In this document: positions 36,694 to 47,430 of the stretch, one piece after another
How the letters are laid out: each line of letters begins with the position of its first letter
Position numbering within the stretch: the stretch's first letter is position 1
Source: a virus
Lineage: Duplodnaviria; Caudoviricetes
Strand: one strand, 5' to 3'
Length of the DNA: 48,560 nt
IMG/VR virus record: IMGVR_UViG_3300037483_001129
Location: 1-48,560 of that record
Translations under genes and position numbers: made by a program
The notes under the pieces: model-generated
Told to the model about the DNA's origin: nothing
The model's input: the letters and a program-made list of their open reading frames with translations, nothing else
Database searches by the model: none

Positions 36694-37968
36694 ATGTCAG
36701 ATAAAAGATTAACCATAGGTATTTTAAGTACGTTTTCAAATTTATCTCCAGAATACTCCTTAGCAGGTGTTGTTCGTTCTCAGCTCACAATGTTTCTTAA
36801 ATATGGATACAAACCCGTTTTATTTGTTTTAAATATCTTTGAGGATGACTCTGTTCCAGAAGGGGTAGAAGTAAGAAAGATAGTTCCACAGCTTGTTTTA
36901 GAGCCATATTCGGCAAAGAATGCTGATAACCTTGAAGAAGATGTGTCTAAAGTAGTACCAGCTTTTGAAGAGAATATGCAAGACATAGATGTAATGCTTA
37001 CCCATGATATAATTTTTATTAATAGTTACCTTCCTTACAATGTAGCTATGAGACGTGGGATAGAAGGTCGGCTATCCCACATCCGATGGCTACATTGGAT
37101 GCATTCAGCACCTTCATTCAGAAATTTAGATGAGTCGGCTTGGGACAATCTTGTAACTCTTCCAAAAAATTCAAGGCTAATTTATATGAACCATACCGAT
37201 GTGATTAGAGCTGCTGAAATGTATCATGTACTTCCCAAAGATGTTCGTACAATATTTAACCCTATGGATATTCGTGAATTATACGATTTTGACCAGCTAA
37301 CGAAAGATATTGTCGAAGCTAATGATCTAATGTCTCCAGAATTTTTATGTGTATATCCCTTGTCCAGTACACGAATGGATGCTGCTGGTAAACAGCTTTC
37401 AAAAGTTATTAGAATAATGGCTGAAATTAAAAAGAAAGGCAGAACCGTATCTTTGGTTGTACCTAATGCCCATGCCAATGCCCAAAGAGAAAAAGACAAA
37501 ATTGAGGAAATGTATAAGATTGGCTACTCTCATGGTTTGGAACGCAGAGAGCTTGTGTTCACCTCGTTACACACGCACGAGTACGAGCTTGGCGTTCCCC
37601 ATGAGGTAGTACGAAATCTTTTTCTTTTAAGTAATTTATTTATTTTCCCAACAGTCAGCGAAAATTGCCCTCTTGTATTATTAGAAGCTATGGCTGGTAA
37701 AAATATTTTAGTTCTTAACCAGAGTTTTCCTGCTCTAAAAGATTTTGGTGAGGAAAATGCCCTATATTTTCACTTCGGTTCTTTAGTCGATAACCCAACC
37801 ATTCAAACGGAAGATAAATACTATCAAGATATAGCTACGTTAATATTGTCAGAATATAATCAAAATAAGGCTGTTAAAGCACAAACAAGGTTACGACAAG
37901 ACTTTAACTTAGACAGCATTTGGCGTAGACAACTTGAACCTGCAATTTTGGAAATATCTAAATTGTGA
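36694..37968 (+). CDS. Glycosyltransferase, GT-B fold (GT4-like)
   Basis: LFIFPTVSENCPLVLLEAMAG (EX7E motif). Confidence 0.88.
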   Translation: MSDKRLTIGILSTFSNLSPEYSLAGVVRSQLTMFLKYGYKPVLFVLNIFEDDSVPEGVEVRKIVPQLVLEPYSAKNADNLEEDVSKVVPAFEENMQDIDVMLTHDIIFINSYLPYNVAMRRGIEGRLSHIRWLHWMHSAPSFRNLDESAWDNLVTLPKNSRLIYMNHTDVIRAAEMYHVLPKDVRTIFNPMDIRELYDFDQLTKDIVEANDLMSPEFLCVYPLSSTRMDAAGKQLSKVIRIMAEIKKKGRTVSLVVPNAHANAQREKDKIEEMYKIGYSHGLERRELVFTSLHTHEYELGVPHEVVRNLFLLSNLFIFPTVSENCPLVLLEAMAGKNILVLNQSFPALKDFGEENALYFHFGSLVDNPTIQTEDKYYQDIATLILSEYNQNKAVKAQTRLRQDFNLDSIWRRQLEPAILEISKL

Positions 37969-38630
37969 CGACAGAAATGATAGAAAAAAATATATCGGCT
38001 GAAGTTAGTTGGCTTGACAGGGAAATTAAGAGATTTAAAGAAACTGGCAGACTTATTCCAGAAAGGCAAGAAAAGCTATACACATCCATTGGTAGGGAGT
38101 TTGCAGCAGGTAGAACCTGTATTGATATTGGATGTTCTTGTGGTGTCGGAGCTAATATCCTTTCTCACGAAGCTAGGTTTGTTTGGGGAATTGATATAAA
38201 TGAAGAGGCAGTTGCATTTGCCAAAAAAGCATTTAAAAGACCAAATTTGGATTTTGAAGTTGTTGATATTGAAAATACCCCAACCAGGGAGCTTGCAAGA
38301 TTTGAAATGATTACAATGATAGAAATATTGGAACATCTTGAACATCCAGACCAAGCACTTAACAATATAAAAAGGTTTTTTCAACCAGAAACTATTGGCT
38401 TTATTACAATTCCCAATGTTGCAAATGAAGAGGTTAGAGAAAATGAAGCGAAACACGGATTTCATTTATCACATTGGACAGCAGGTGATTTATACCAAAT
38501 GATGAATGAACATTTCAATGCAGTAACACTTTACTCAGTAGACAAATTAGACGGATTCGGTATAGACGCTACGGTTGATGGAAACAGTAAGGACTATTTA
38601 ATATTAGCCAAAGTTGAAGGAATAAAATGA
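37965..38630 (+). CDS. Class I SAM-dependent methyltransferase
   Basis: CIDIGCSCG, GIDIN, EILEHL. Confidence 0.88.
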   Translation: MTTEMIEKNISAEVSWLDREIKRFKETGRLIPERQEKLYTSIGREFAAGRTCIDIGCSCGVGANILSHEARFVWGIDINEEAVAFAKKAFKRPNLDFEVVDIENTPTRELARFEMITMIEILEHLEHPDQALNNIKRFFQPETIGFITIPNVANEEVRENEAKHGFHLSHWTAGDLYQMMNEHFNAVTLYSVDKLDGFGIDATVDGNSKDYLILAKVEGIK

Positions 38631-39418
38631 GAGTTTTGATTACAGGTGATAGGGGGTTTATAGGAACGCATTTAAAGAAACTTTTTCCTAAAGCTGTTGG
38701 TTACGATTTGGTAGATGGATTTGATATTCGTAATAAAAATTTATTAGAAGAATTTTTGGAGGGAGTGGATGTAGTTGTACACTTAGCAGCTAAAATAAGT
38801 GTAAGTGAGTCTGAAGAAAAACCATATCTATATATGGATAACAATATATCTGGTACTGCAAGTTTGATAGAAAGTTGTCTTAAAGCTCGTGTTAAAAAAA
38901 TAGTATATGCTTCAAGTGCTTCTTGTTATGAGCCAAGTTCTTCTCCTTATGCTATGACAAAATACACATCGGAACTTTTAATGCAGCATTTTTCAGACAG
39001 GATAAATACAACTTCCCTGCGATTTTTTAACATATATGGTGAAGGACAAAATCCAACTTATGCAGCAGTAATCTCAGCTTTCAAAGGTGGTATTGAAAAT
39101 GGCATGGTTACAATATATGGTGACGGAAAGCAAACAAGAGATTTTATTAGCGTTAGTGATGTCTGTTTGGCAATAGAAAAAGCTGTTAACAAAACAATTC
39201 CTTCAGGAGAGGTAATGGACATAGGTACTGGTTATCAAACCAGTGTCTTAGAACTTTTAAAAATGATGGAGACAATAATGGGAAAGAAACCAAAGGTGTT
39301 TTACGAAAAGGAAAGAAAAGAAGTGCGATTTTCTGTAGCAGACACAAAAAAGGCAAAAAGATTGTTGGGATTTAATTCAAAAATTATATTAGAGAAAGGG
39401 TTAAAAGAAATATTATGA
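38627..39418 (+). CDS. NAD-dependent nucleotide-sugar epimerase/dehydratase
   Basis: ITGDRGFIG, HLAA, ASSAS, YAMTK (YxxxK), LRFFNIYG. Confidence 0.92.
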   Translation: MRVLITGDRGFIGTHLKKLFPKAVGYDLVDGFDIRNKNLLEEFLEGVDVVVHLAAKISVSESEEKPYLYMDNNISGTASLIESCLKARVKKIVYASSASCYEPSSSPYAMTKYTSELLMQHFSDRINTTSLRFFNIYGEGQNPTYAAVISAFKGGIENGMVTIYGDGKQTRDFISVSDVCLAIEKAVNKTIPSGEVMDIGTGYQTSVLELLKMMETIMGKKPKVFYEKERKEVRFSVADTKKAKRLLGFNSKIILEKGLKEIL

Positions 39419-40257
39419 AAGAACCACTTTATAAAGTTGGTATTGTTGGTCTTGGAGTTGTAGGAAAAGGTATTGAGAGACTTCTTGGAGAATACGTTGT
39501 AGCTAAATACGACCCGAATATTTATGATTTTAAAAATACAAAAAAGGGTTTTAAGGATGTGGATTTGGCAATTATATGTGTTCCAACCCCAACAAGTACT
39601 GATGGAATGAGTTGTGACACAAATTTTGTTGAAAATTCGTGCCTATGGCTGCGTGAAATCAATTTTAAAGGGGTTATCTTGATAAAATCGACTATTCCAC
39701 CATCTAAAGCAGATTATTTTAAGCAGAAGTATGGTAGGGTAGTGTTCTCACCAGAATTTATGGGAGAGTCAAAATATTACACGCCTTTTTGGAAATATCC
39801 TGACCCAGAAGATATGAGAACTCATATGTGGCAGGTTTTTGGTGGTAATAGAAAAGACACAAATTTATGTCTTGAAATCTTTAAAAGGAAAATGTCAGTT
39901 GATACGCAGTTTTTTCAAACAGATATAAAAACGGCAAGTTTGGCAAAATATATAGAAAACTCATTTTTTGCGATGAAAGTTACTTTTGTAAATGAGTGGT
40001 ATGACATTGCTGGTAATTACGGAATTGATTGGAATGAGCTACGGGAATTATGGTTGGCAGACCCAAGGATAAACAGGAATCACACTCTCGTTTTTCCTAA
40101 AGACAGAGGTTATGGTGGTAAATGTTTTCCTAAAGATGTAAAAGCAATAATAGCGGATTCGTTAAAATCTGGTTATTTACCCAATTTGATGTTATCAGTA
40201 GATAAAATCAATAATTTGTTTAGAAAGGTGAGTAAAAAAGATGGTAAAAAGGATTGA
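39415..40257 (+). CDS. UDP-glucose/GDP-mannose 6-dehydrogenase family (lacks the C-terminal domain)
   Basis: GLGVVG, CVPTP, IKSTIPP, SPEF, GYGGKCFPKD. Confidence 0.9.
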   Translation: MKEPLYKVGIVGLGVVGKGIERLLGEYVVAKYDPNIYDFKNTKKGFKDVDLAIICVPTPTSTDGMSCDTNFVENSCLWLREINFKGVILIKSTIPPSKADYFKQKYGRVVFSPEFMGESKYYTPFWKYPDPEDMRTHMWQVFGGNRKDTNLCLEIFKRKMSVDTQFFQTDIKTASLAKYIENSFFAMKVTFVNEWYDIAGNYGIDWNELRELWLADPRINRNHTLVFPKDRGYGGKCFPKDVKAIIADSLKSGYLPNLMLSVDKINNLFRKVSKKDGKKD

Positions 40258-41194
40258 GGGTAAAAATGCTTATTTATTGGCAGAATTAGAGGACAGGATT
40301 ATTGATACAGTAACTTCTTATGTGGCAGAAGTTCCAAGACCTTTTGGTGCAGTTATGTCTGGAGGATTCGATTCAGGGCTTCTTTGTGCATTAACCAAGC
40401 CAGATTATCTTTTTAGAGTTAAATTCTCTTATGGAACTAAATTTGACGAGAGTAGATATGCTGATGCCATTCTTAAACATTTGGGGATGGAAGGAAAAAT
40501 GACCGAAATAGAAATAACTCCAGAAAACTTCAAAGAGAATTTTGAAGATGCAGTAAAAGTGATGGGAGAACCGACAACTCATTTTTCATTAGTACCTCTT
40601 TATGTAATGTTCAAAACAATGAGGGAGCATGGAATGAAGGATGTTTTGTCAGGAGAAGGTCCAGATGAATATTTAGGCGGTTATGCAAGACAGATAATTT
40701 TTGATGAGTTAAGGAAGTTGTATGAGATACCAGAACTACGAAACTATCATGGAATGATACCAAAAGCTCTAGGTTTCGAAAATATTGCATTAAGGTATCA
40801 AGAATTTATGGGCTATGCGGGTTATCCTTCTGGATTGGAGGATTATCCTTTACAGGGAAAGATAGGCAAAATGGATATGGAGCTTGGTCATATTGAAAAG
40901 ATGGAACAAAAGATGGCAAACCATTTTGGAATCAATTTCCATTATCCGTATATAAGTGATGAATTGGCAGAATATTGTTATAAACTTCCAGACGATTTAA
41001 AAATAAGAAATGGAGTTACTAAATGGGGATTTAGACGAATAGCACTTAAATATCTTCCCGAACTATTAAGAGATAGAGCAAAAATGGGTGGTCCTGTTGC
41101 TCCTGTAAATTTCTTGCTTGGGAGATTAGACCTAGATGATTTCGATAAAAGCTTTTACGTATCTGAACAAAAAAGAATTTTAGGAATAGAATGA
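40241..41194 (+). CDS. Asparagine-synthase-like ATP pyrophosphatase (synthetase domain only), probable sugar amidotransferase
   Basis: PP-loop SGGFDS, SGEGPDE.LGGY, KWGFR; no N-terminal Ntn glutaminase domain. Confidence 0.85.
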   Translation: MVKRIEGKNAYLLAELEDRIIDTVTSYVAEVPRPFGAVMSGGFDSGLLCALTKPDYLFRVKFSYGTKFDESRYADAILKHLGMEGKMTEIEITPENFKENFEDAVKVMGEPTTHFSLVPLYVMFKTMREHGMKDVLSGEGPDEYLGGYARQIIFDELRKLYEIPELRNYHGMIPKALGFENIALRYQEFMGYAGYPSGLEDYPLQGKIGKMDMELGHIEKMEQKMANHFGINFHYPYISDELAEYCYKLPDDLKIRNGVTKWGFRRIALKYLPELLRDRAKMGGPVAPVNFLLGRLDLDDFDKSFYVSEQKRILGIE

Positions 41195-42147
41195 TTCCAT
41201 TTAAACGTGTTAATCTGGGTAATGCTTATGAAGAGGTTAAGCCTTTATTTGAAAGCGGTTTTATTGGTTTAGGAAAGGAAGTTTTCAAATTTGAACAGGA
41301 GCTTGCAAAATATGTTGGAGCAAAATATGTAATAGCCACTGATTCTTGTACTTCAGCCTTATTTCTCTCATTAAAGTATGAAAATAAAAGTGGAAAAGGT
41401 AATGTATCCATTCCATCAATGACTGTGCCATTGGTGGCTAATGCTTGTTTTGAGGCTGGACTGACTATTTCGTTCAATGCTGAAACGAACTGGGTTGGTT
41501 CAGCCTACCAAATTATTGGTAGTGATGTTGTAGATTCTGCCCACGAGCTTAGGCGTGGTCAATATCGTGGTGGAAAAATGTGTTTTTCATTTTATCCAAC
41601 AAAACCAATTGGTTCAGCAGATGGCGGTGCAATAGCTACAGACAATAAAGAGTTTGCAAATTGGGCCAGGTCTATATCAACCTATGGTAGAAATCAGAAA
41701 GCTAAATATGGCAATTCCTGGGATTATGATGTTGAAATGGTGGGCTATAAAAGACACTACACCAATTTACAGGCAGCTATTTGCATAGAACAGCTTAATA
41801 GATTAGATTCGACCAATGGAAAAAGGAGAAAAATAAGAGAAGCGTATAACAATGCATTTGGCTATAAGAATATAAGCGATTATCTTTATAGAATTAATAT
41901 TGAAAATCGAGATGGGTTTATAGCTTATATGGCTGAGAAGGAAATTGAGTGTGGAGTTCACTTTAAACCATTGCATTTAATGACACCGTTTAAAAATATT
42001 CCCATGACCGAAGAGGATAAAAACAAAGTAGAAGACGCTTATTCTAAAACTGTTAGTTTACCCTTTTATGACCTCATGGAAGACTCTCAGATTTATGAAG
42101 TAATTGAGGCTGTGTTTCATTTTAAAGATGGAAAACTCTTACCATGA
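41191..42147 (+). CDS. DegT/DnrJ/EryC1/StrS sugar aminotransferase
   Basis: FEQELAKY, SCTSAL, DSAH, FSFYPTKPIGSADGGA. Confidence 0.92.
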   Translation: MIPFKRVNLGNAYEEVKPLFESGFIGLGKEVFKFEQELAKYVGAKYVIATDSCTSALFLSLKYENKSGKGNVSIPSMTVPLVANACFEAGLTISFNAETNWVGSAYQIIGSDVVDSAHELRRGQYRGGKMCFSFYPTKPIGSADGGAIATDNKEFANWARSISTYGRNQKAKYGNSWDYDVEMVGYKRHYTNLQAAICIEQLNRLDSTNGKRRKIREAYNNAFGYKNISDYLYRINIENRDGFIAYMAEKEIECGVHFKPLHLMTPFKNIPMTEEDKNKVEDAYSKTVSLPFYDLMEDSQIYEVIEAVFHFKDGKLLP

Positions 42148-43013
42148 AAGTTTATATATTAGATATTGGTGAGCAAGCTAAACCAAGAATAAATCCATTT
42201 ATGCCCCATAGTCGTGGATTTAATATTGAGGTAGGTTTTCTTGATTATCTCAAAAAGAATCCAGACCTTTTAACGAGTAATCCTAAACTTGCCAACTATC
42301 ATTATCTTCCAATTTATTGGTCTCATTGGCAATTGGCTAATAGTTATGGTCGTGATAATCGGGAAGAGATGCAGAAGAAACTAAGCGGAGTTATTATTGA
42401 TGATACTAAGACCTTTACCGTAAGTGAGGCCGATAACGAGCCTGGATTCGAGATAGGTAATACTGTGGTGTTTTCAGGTAATAATATACTCGGATTTCAA
42501 GGACATAAGTGGATAGCAGCACCAATTATCACCTTACCACACAGAATGCCAACGGTACTTCCTGACAAGATATATAAGTCTAATTTTGTGGGAAGTTCTA
42601 ATACACATCCAATCAGAAAAGAAATTTTCAATAAATTTATATTAGACAAGGCTGTAAAATTAATCGAAAATTCAAAAGGGGAAGATATTTTTATAGATAC
42701 AATACTGCAATCATACTCAACACTTTGTCCAAGAGGTTCTGCAATGGGTTCTTATAGATTCTATGAAAGTATGCAGCTTGGAGTAGCACCTATAATGATT
42801 GCCGAAATTGATTTTAGACCATTTAAAAAGTTTTTCAGATGGGATGATTTTAGTTATTACGTTTCCAACGTAACTGCTGCACAAGAGTTGATTATGTCTA
42901 CTAGTGAATACGAATTGTCTACTAAAGGAAAACTTGCAGCCGAGGAGTGGAAGAGATTATTTGAAAAATGGCCTGTATATATACTGGATTTGTTAAAATA
43001 TGAAATTAATTGA
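42144..43013 (+). CDS. Exostosin-like glycosyltransferase (GT47)
   Basis: LTSNPKLANYHYLP, FVGS..HPIR, LCPRGSAMGSYRFYESMQLGVAPI..PF..WDDFS. Confidence 0.85.
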   Translation: MKVYILDIGEQAKPRINPFMPHSRGFNIEVGFLDYLKKNPDLLTSNPKLANYHYLPIYWSHWQLANSYGRDNREEMQKKLSGVIIDDTKTFTVSEADNEPGFEIGNTVVFSGNNILGFQGHKWIAAPIITLPHRMPTVLPDKIYKSNFVGSSNTHPIRKEIFNKFILDKAVKLIENSKGEDIFIDTILQSYSTLCPRGSAMGSYRFYESMQLGVAPIMIAEIDFRPFKKFFRWDDFSYYVSNVTAAQELIMSTSEYELSTKGKLAAEEWKRLFEKWPVYILDLLKYEIN

Positions 43014-44271
43014 AGAAGTTGAACATTGCAAAAAAGTTCATGCGGATTCCCACCAATCAATATTAAATATTTTAAGAAAAGACAATTTCGATATTGGTGT
43101 TGAAATTGGTGTTCAATATGCAATTAATGCCAAAAATATATTGGCTAATAATTTGGCGAAATCTCTTTATGGAATTGACCCCTACAATAGCAAACACCAA
43201 GCTATATCTCCATTGAAGGACCAGGATGAAGAAATCTATCAATACGCTATGGAGCAAATGCAGCCATATGGTGTACGTTACTTTCATATCAGGAAAACTT
43301 CCAATGAAGCATTGTTTAACATTAGAGGAACTATAGATTTTGTTTATATTGACGGTAATAACTCAAAGCAATATTATACTGATGATTTATATTATTGGTA
43401 TCCAAAGGTAAAGAAAAATGGAGTGGTTATTGGTCACAATTACAATCATCCTTCTTTTGTACATAATGTACGAATAGTTAATGACTATTTTGGTGGAGTG
43501 CCTCATACGGAGGAGGGTTATATTTGGTGGATGCGTACTGGTGGATTATTTAACCTGGATAGAAAAATATCGGTTGCAATACCCCACTTCAATTCATCTA
43601 AATTAGCAGAAGCAAATTTAGAAGTTATTAAAGATGATAAAAGAATTGACCAAATTGTAATATCGGATGATTGTTCAAGCGACATTGAATATTCTCGACT
43701 AAAGCAAGTTGTCAGTAAATATCCAAAAGTTCAACTTTATAGAAATTCAGAAAATGTTGGTGAATTTAAAAATAGGATTAATGCAGCAACAAAGTGCAAA
43801 AACCATTGGGTAATATTGTTAGATTGCGATAACACTTTAAGCACAGAATATATTGATGCTTTATACCGTATTCCACAGTGGAAACATGGTGTTATTTATG
43901 CTCCAGATTTTGGAAATCCTAAAGGTGTCAATTACAAGAAAATGAGTGGAGATTATATTAATCTTGCAAGTGTCAAAAATTATTTTAATCGAGAAGAGTT
44001 AATGATTAAAATGTTTCTAAATACTGGAAACTATTTTATAAATCGTAGGGAATATTTAAAGGTAGCAGAACCTATCCAAAATAAAATAGAAAAATATGCA
44101 TATGGAGATATATTTTTTAATTATCATTGGCTAAAAAATGGAGGATTAATGTTTGTAGTTCCAGAAATGTTTTATACACACAGATTTAGACAGAATTCTT
44201 CATACAAGACACATTTTGTAGAAATGCAGCCTGTAATACAAAAAATATGTTCAAATTTACAAGCATCATAA
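43000..44271 (+). CDS. Fusion of SAM methyltransferase (Methyltransf_24-like) and GT-A glycosyltransferase
   Basis: GVEIGV..GIDPY..DFVYIDG; then ISVAIPHFN..ISDDCS..LLDCDN. Confidence 0.85.
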   Translation: MKLIEEVEHCKKVHADSHQSILNILRKDNFDIGVEIGVQYAINAKNILANNLAKSLYGIDPYNSKHQAISPLKDQDEEIYQYAMEQMQPYGVRYFHIRKTSNEALFNIRGTIDFVYIDGNNSKQYYTDDLYYWYPKVKKNGVVIGHNYNHPSFVHNVRIVNDYFGGVPHTEEGYIWWMRTGGLFNLDRKISVAIPHFNSSKLAEANLEVIKDDKRIDQIVISDDCSSDIEYSRLKQVVSKYPKVQLYRNSENVGEFKNRINAATKCKNHWVILLDCDNTLSTEYIDALYRIPQWKHGVIYAPDFGNPKGVNYKKMSGDYINLASVKNYFNREELMIKMFLNTGNYFINRREYLKVAEPIQNKIEKYAYGDIFFNYHWLKNGGLMFVVPEMFYTHRFRQNSSYKTHFVEMQPVIQKICSNLQAS

Positions 44272-45011
44272 TTACACATTACGCATCGAACGAAAAACGT
44301 AGTGGATTTTTAAGAAAGACTTTGACCAGTCTTAAAAATTCTACTAAATTTCCTTACGAGCTGATTATTGTTGATAATGGTGGTTCTAAAGAAGATTCGG
44401 AGTTTTTATTGGATTTGACCGATAAAGGAGAAATAAATATTTATATAAGAAATCATAATAATATGCATTTTGGTTTTGCACGAAATCAGGGATTGTCGAT
44501 TTGTAATGGAGACTATATTGCAATATGTGATAACGATATTGTTTTTAATCCAGGGTGGCTAGAGACTTGTATTGCAATATTGGAAAAATATCCAGACAAA
44601 AAAATATATGCAACACCAATTTATAATGTAGCACATTGGAGACCAAAATATTGGTCTGATGAAACTTTAGAAATAGACGGTAGGCTTGTAAGACAAAATA
44701 GACGTGCAGGTTCAAATTGCTGGGTTATGAGAAGACAGGATTTTGAAAAGGTTGGAAGATTTTGGGTTCATAGAGTAGCAGGTACAAAATGGACCAATCG
44801 GGCGGGACAGTTGGGTTATTGGGCTGCTGTAACTCCAGACATTATGGTTAATGATTTCGGTTTCAGAAAAGGCTATAACTTAAATGCATGTTTACCGATA
44901 AAAGAAGATTTACACAATAATTATGAGATTTATTTCAACGAAGATGAATTTAAACATTCTAATAAGGACAAGACTTATATAAAGCAAAGGAGTTTTGATG
45001 GAGAAATGTGA
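44247..45011 (+). CDS. Glycosyltransferase GT2
   Basis: LIIVDNG, FARNQG, ICDNDI. Confidence 0.88.
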   Translation: MFKFTSIIITHYASNEKRSGFLRKTLTSLKNSTKFPYELIIVDNGGSKEDSEFLLDLTDKGEINIYIRNHNNMHFGFARNQGLSICNGDYIAICDNDIVFNPGWLETCIAILEKYPDKKIYATPIYNVAHWRPKYWSDETLEIDGRLVRQNRRAGSNCWVMRRQDFEKVGRFWVHRVAGTKWTNRAGQLGYWAAVTPDIMVNDFGFRKGYNLNACLPIKEDLHNNYEIYFNEDEFKHSNKDKTYIKQRSFDGEM

Positions 45012-45192
45012 TTTTTGCAGGTATTTTACTTGTGAAACCAAAACTAACGCACAAGGGACAACCTTTAAGACTCTCCAAGATGGTGGAGAAATATTCAAAA
45101 GAAATTTTGAAATTGCAGATTGTGAGATTAAAGCTAAAATACTTGCTTTAAAGAGAGGAGAGAATGAAAGACAACAGACATCTATACGATAA
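44995..45192 (+). CDS. Small hypothetical Cys-containing protein
   Basis: CDFC..C; overlaps both neighbours. Confidence 0.45.
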   Translation: MMEKCDFCRYFTCETKTNAQGTTFKTLQDGGEIFKRNFEIADCEIKAKILALKRGENERQQTSIR

Positions 45193-45676
45193 AAAATATT
45201 ATAAAACGTCTTTGGGATTTCAGGCCGACCCTAAACGGATGGAATATTTTGTAGACTTTATAAAAAGATATAATCCCAAATCCGTACTAGACGTAGGCTG
45301 TGGTTTAGGTGCGGTTGTCAATGAATTAAATCAAAGAGGAATAGAAGCGTTGGGAATAGATTTTGCACCAGATTTAGAAAAGATATGGGGAGACAATCTT
45401 GCGTTTACAATACAAGATGCAAGAAGAATTTTATATGAAAACAAATCGTTTGATTTAGTATTCTCCTCTGATTTTTTTGAACACATAGACGAAGAAGATA
45501 TAGATAAAGTAGCAAGCGAAATGAAAAGGGTAGGCAGAAAAGTAGTTACGTTTGTTGCTGATGCTAAAGGACCAATTAACCAACGCCAACGCATAAGGCA
45601 TGTTACCCATAAAACATTAAACTGGTGGAAGAAAAAACTAAAAGGAATAGAAGTATTTTCATCTCACATTTTATGA
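45164..45676 (+). CDS. Class I SAM-dependent methyltransferase
   Basis: VLDVGCGLG, SFDLVFSSDFFEHI. Confidence 0.9.
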   Translation: MKDNRHLYDKKYYKTSLGFQADPKRMEYFVDFIKRYNPKSVLDVGCGLGAVVNELNQRGIEALGIDFAPDLEKIWGDNLAFTIQDARRILYENKSFDLVFSSDFFEHIDEEDIDKVASEMKRVGRKVVTFVADAKGPINQRQRIRHVTHKTLNWWKKKLKGIEVFSSHIL

Positions 45677-46134
45677 CACGTTTAAATATTGGGAGTCGTA
45701 GAAGACATCACACAGGATATACGACCATTGATTTGGAAGAAATGTCTGGTGCTGACATTATTGGTGATTTTAGAGGTATGTCCTTTGAAAATGTGGAAGA
45801 AATATTAGCAGAACACTTACTGGAACATTTCGGGAGAGACGAGAGTGAAAAAGTGATTGATTTGTGGAATTCGTGGCTAAAGAAGGGTGGTAAGATAATC
45901 ATAGAAACTCCTGATTTTGAAGGTATATGCAGAGATTTTCAGATTAACAAATATTGGATGGAGAGACATTGTTTTGGCTCACAGGAAGCAGAATGGGCTT
46001 TTCATCGTACGGGATGGTACGAATCTAAATTTCTCGAAATATTACCGAAACACGGATTTAGAATTGAGAAAATTACCTTTCCAAAATCAAGACACATATT
46101 ACCAAATATACGTATTGTAGCAACCAAAATATGA
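45673..46134 (+). CDS. SAM-dependent methyltransferase-like protein
   Basis: RLNIGS, HLLEHF, LKKGGKIIIETPD; ATG at 45673. Confidence 0.8.
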   Translation: MTRLNIGSRRRHHTGYTTIDLEEMSGADIIGDFRGMSFENVEEILAEHLLEHFGRDESEKVIDLWNSWLKKGGKIIIETPDFEGICRDFQINKYWMERHCFGSQEAEWAFHRTGWYESKFLEILPKHGFRIEKITFPKSRHILPNIRIVATKI

Positions 46135-46757
46135 AATCAAAAATATTATTCGTTCATTTGCCGAGGACAGCAGGAACTTTCATCCGTTTTTATGGTAAGG
46201 AAACAAAATATATAAATTACTATGCTAACTATAAACAACGGGATGGACATTTACCTGCAAGTAAAATTGATGACCCCGACAAATGGTTTAAATTTGGCCT
46301 TATTAGAAATCCATACGATTGGTATGTATCCCAATACCACTATTTTGGAAGAGAAAGTAAATTTGTTCCAGAAAGAGGTGTTTTTGAAGGTGTTGATGGA
46401 GGAGTTTACGGAGAAGATTTTAGACTTAAATTTCCAACTTTTAGTGATTGGCTTATTTTTGGAACGCAGCAAAACAATGAAAAATTCTGGCTGAGTAATA
46501 TCTATAAATATATGTTTTTTAACGATGAGGAGCTTTGTTTACTGAATTATATTGGCAAATATGAAGATTTGTACGATGAGGTAAATAAAGTTTTAAAATA
46601 TAACGATATCGAACCAAAAATAAATATAGAAGATTTTGAAGGCTATAGAAATTCAAGTAAACATGAGCCATATAAAAACTACTACAATGTTGAAACTAAG
46701 GGGATTGTAAAACTTATGGACATAGGTATTATTAATAAATATGGATATATATTCTAA
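46131..46757 (+). CDS. Sulfotransferase (Sulfotransfer_2-like)
   Basis: 5'-PSB motif FVHLPRTAGT, 3'-PB motif RNPYDWYVSQY, IGKYEDL. Confidence 0.85.
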   Translation: MKSKILFVHLPRTAGTFIRFYGKETKYINYYANYKQRDGHLPASKIDDPDKWFKFGLIRNPYDWYVSQYHYFGRESKFVPERGVFEGVDGGVYGEDFRLKFPTFSDWLIFGTQQNNEKFWLSNIYKYMFFNDEELCLLNYIGKYEDLYDEVNKVLKYNDIEPKINIEDFEGYRNSSKHEPYKNYYNVETKGIVKLMDIGIINKYGYIF

Positions 46758-47430
46758 TACTATTGTAAAAAACGGGAAACCGTTTATTATTCCTGTTTTG
46801 AAACAGGTAGAGCCTTATATGAAAAAAATGTTTGTTACGGTAAGCAAAAAATCTACGGATGGAACATACGACCTTGTTAAAAATCTGGAGAAAAAATTGA
46901 AAGGTAAACTTGTGGTAGATATTGAAAATGTCAAACATCCCAGCTTACTTACTCAGGAAAGACAAAAACAATTGGACAAAGTTCCAATGGGAAAATGGGT
47001 CTTATTTCTTGATGCTGATGACTGGTGGCCCAAAGAGTCTATGGAACAGATGATGATGTTTTTAAATAATACTGTTGATGGTTTATCCATTAATCCATAT
47101 CAGGTTGTTACAAAGAAGTTTTACGATAGTAGCTGGAGAAATAAATATTTTCTTAAATGGTTTAGAAACGATAAGGGTGTTCATTATCGGTATCCCTGGC
47201 CTCGTGACATGATATTTAAAGATGACAAAATAATGTATTGGAGAAAAAACGAAAAATGTCCCCGTATAGCTGTAAGATTTTTTCATCTTGAAAACTTAAT
47301 GAATTGGAGATTCAGAGACCAGCCTGAATTTGCAGAATATAAAGCTAAGCTGGGAAGTCTCGTTCCTTACGATAAGGGTTGGGAAGAGGATGTAGACAAG
47401 ATTTATGAGCACGTTAAGCGAAATAAATAA
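46741..47430 (+). CDS. Glycosyltransferase, GT-A fold (GT2-like)
   Basis: IVKNG, STDGT, WVLFLDADD. Confidence 0.82.
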   Translation: MDIYSNTIVKNGKPFIIPVLKQVEPYMKKMFVTVSKKSTDGTYDLVKNLEKKLKGKLVVDIENVKHPSLLTQERQKQLDKVPMGKWVLFLDADDWWPKESMEQMMMFLNNTVDGLSINPYQVVTKKFYDSSWRNKYFLKWFRNDKGVHYRYPWPRDMIFKDDKIMYWRKNEKCPRIAVRFFHLENLMNWRFRDQPEFAEYKAKLGSLVPYDKGWEEDVDKIYEHVKRNK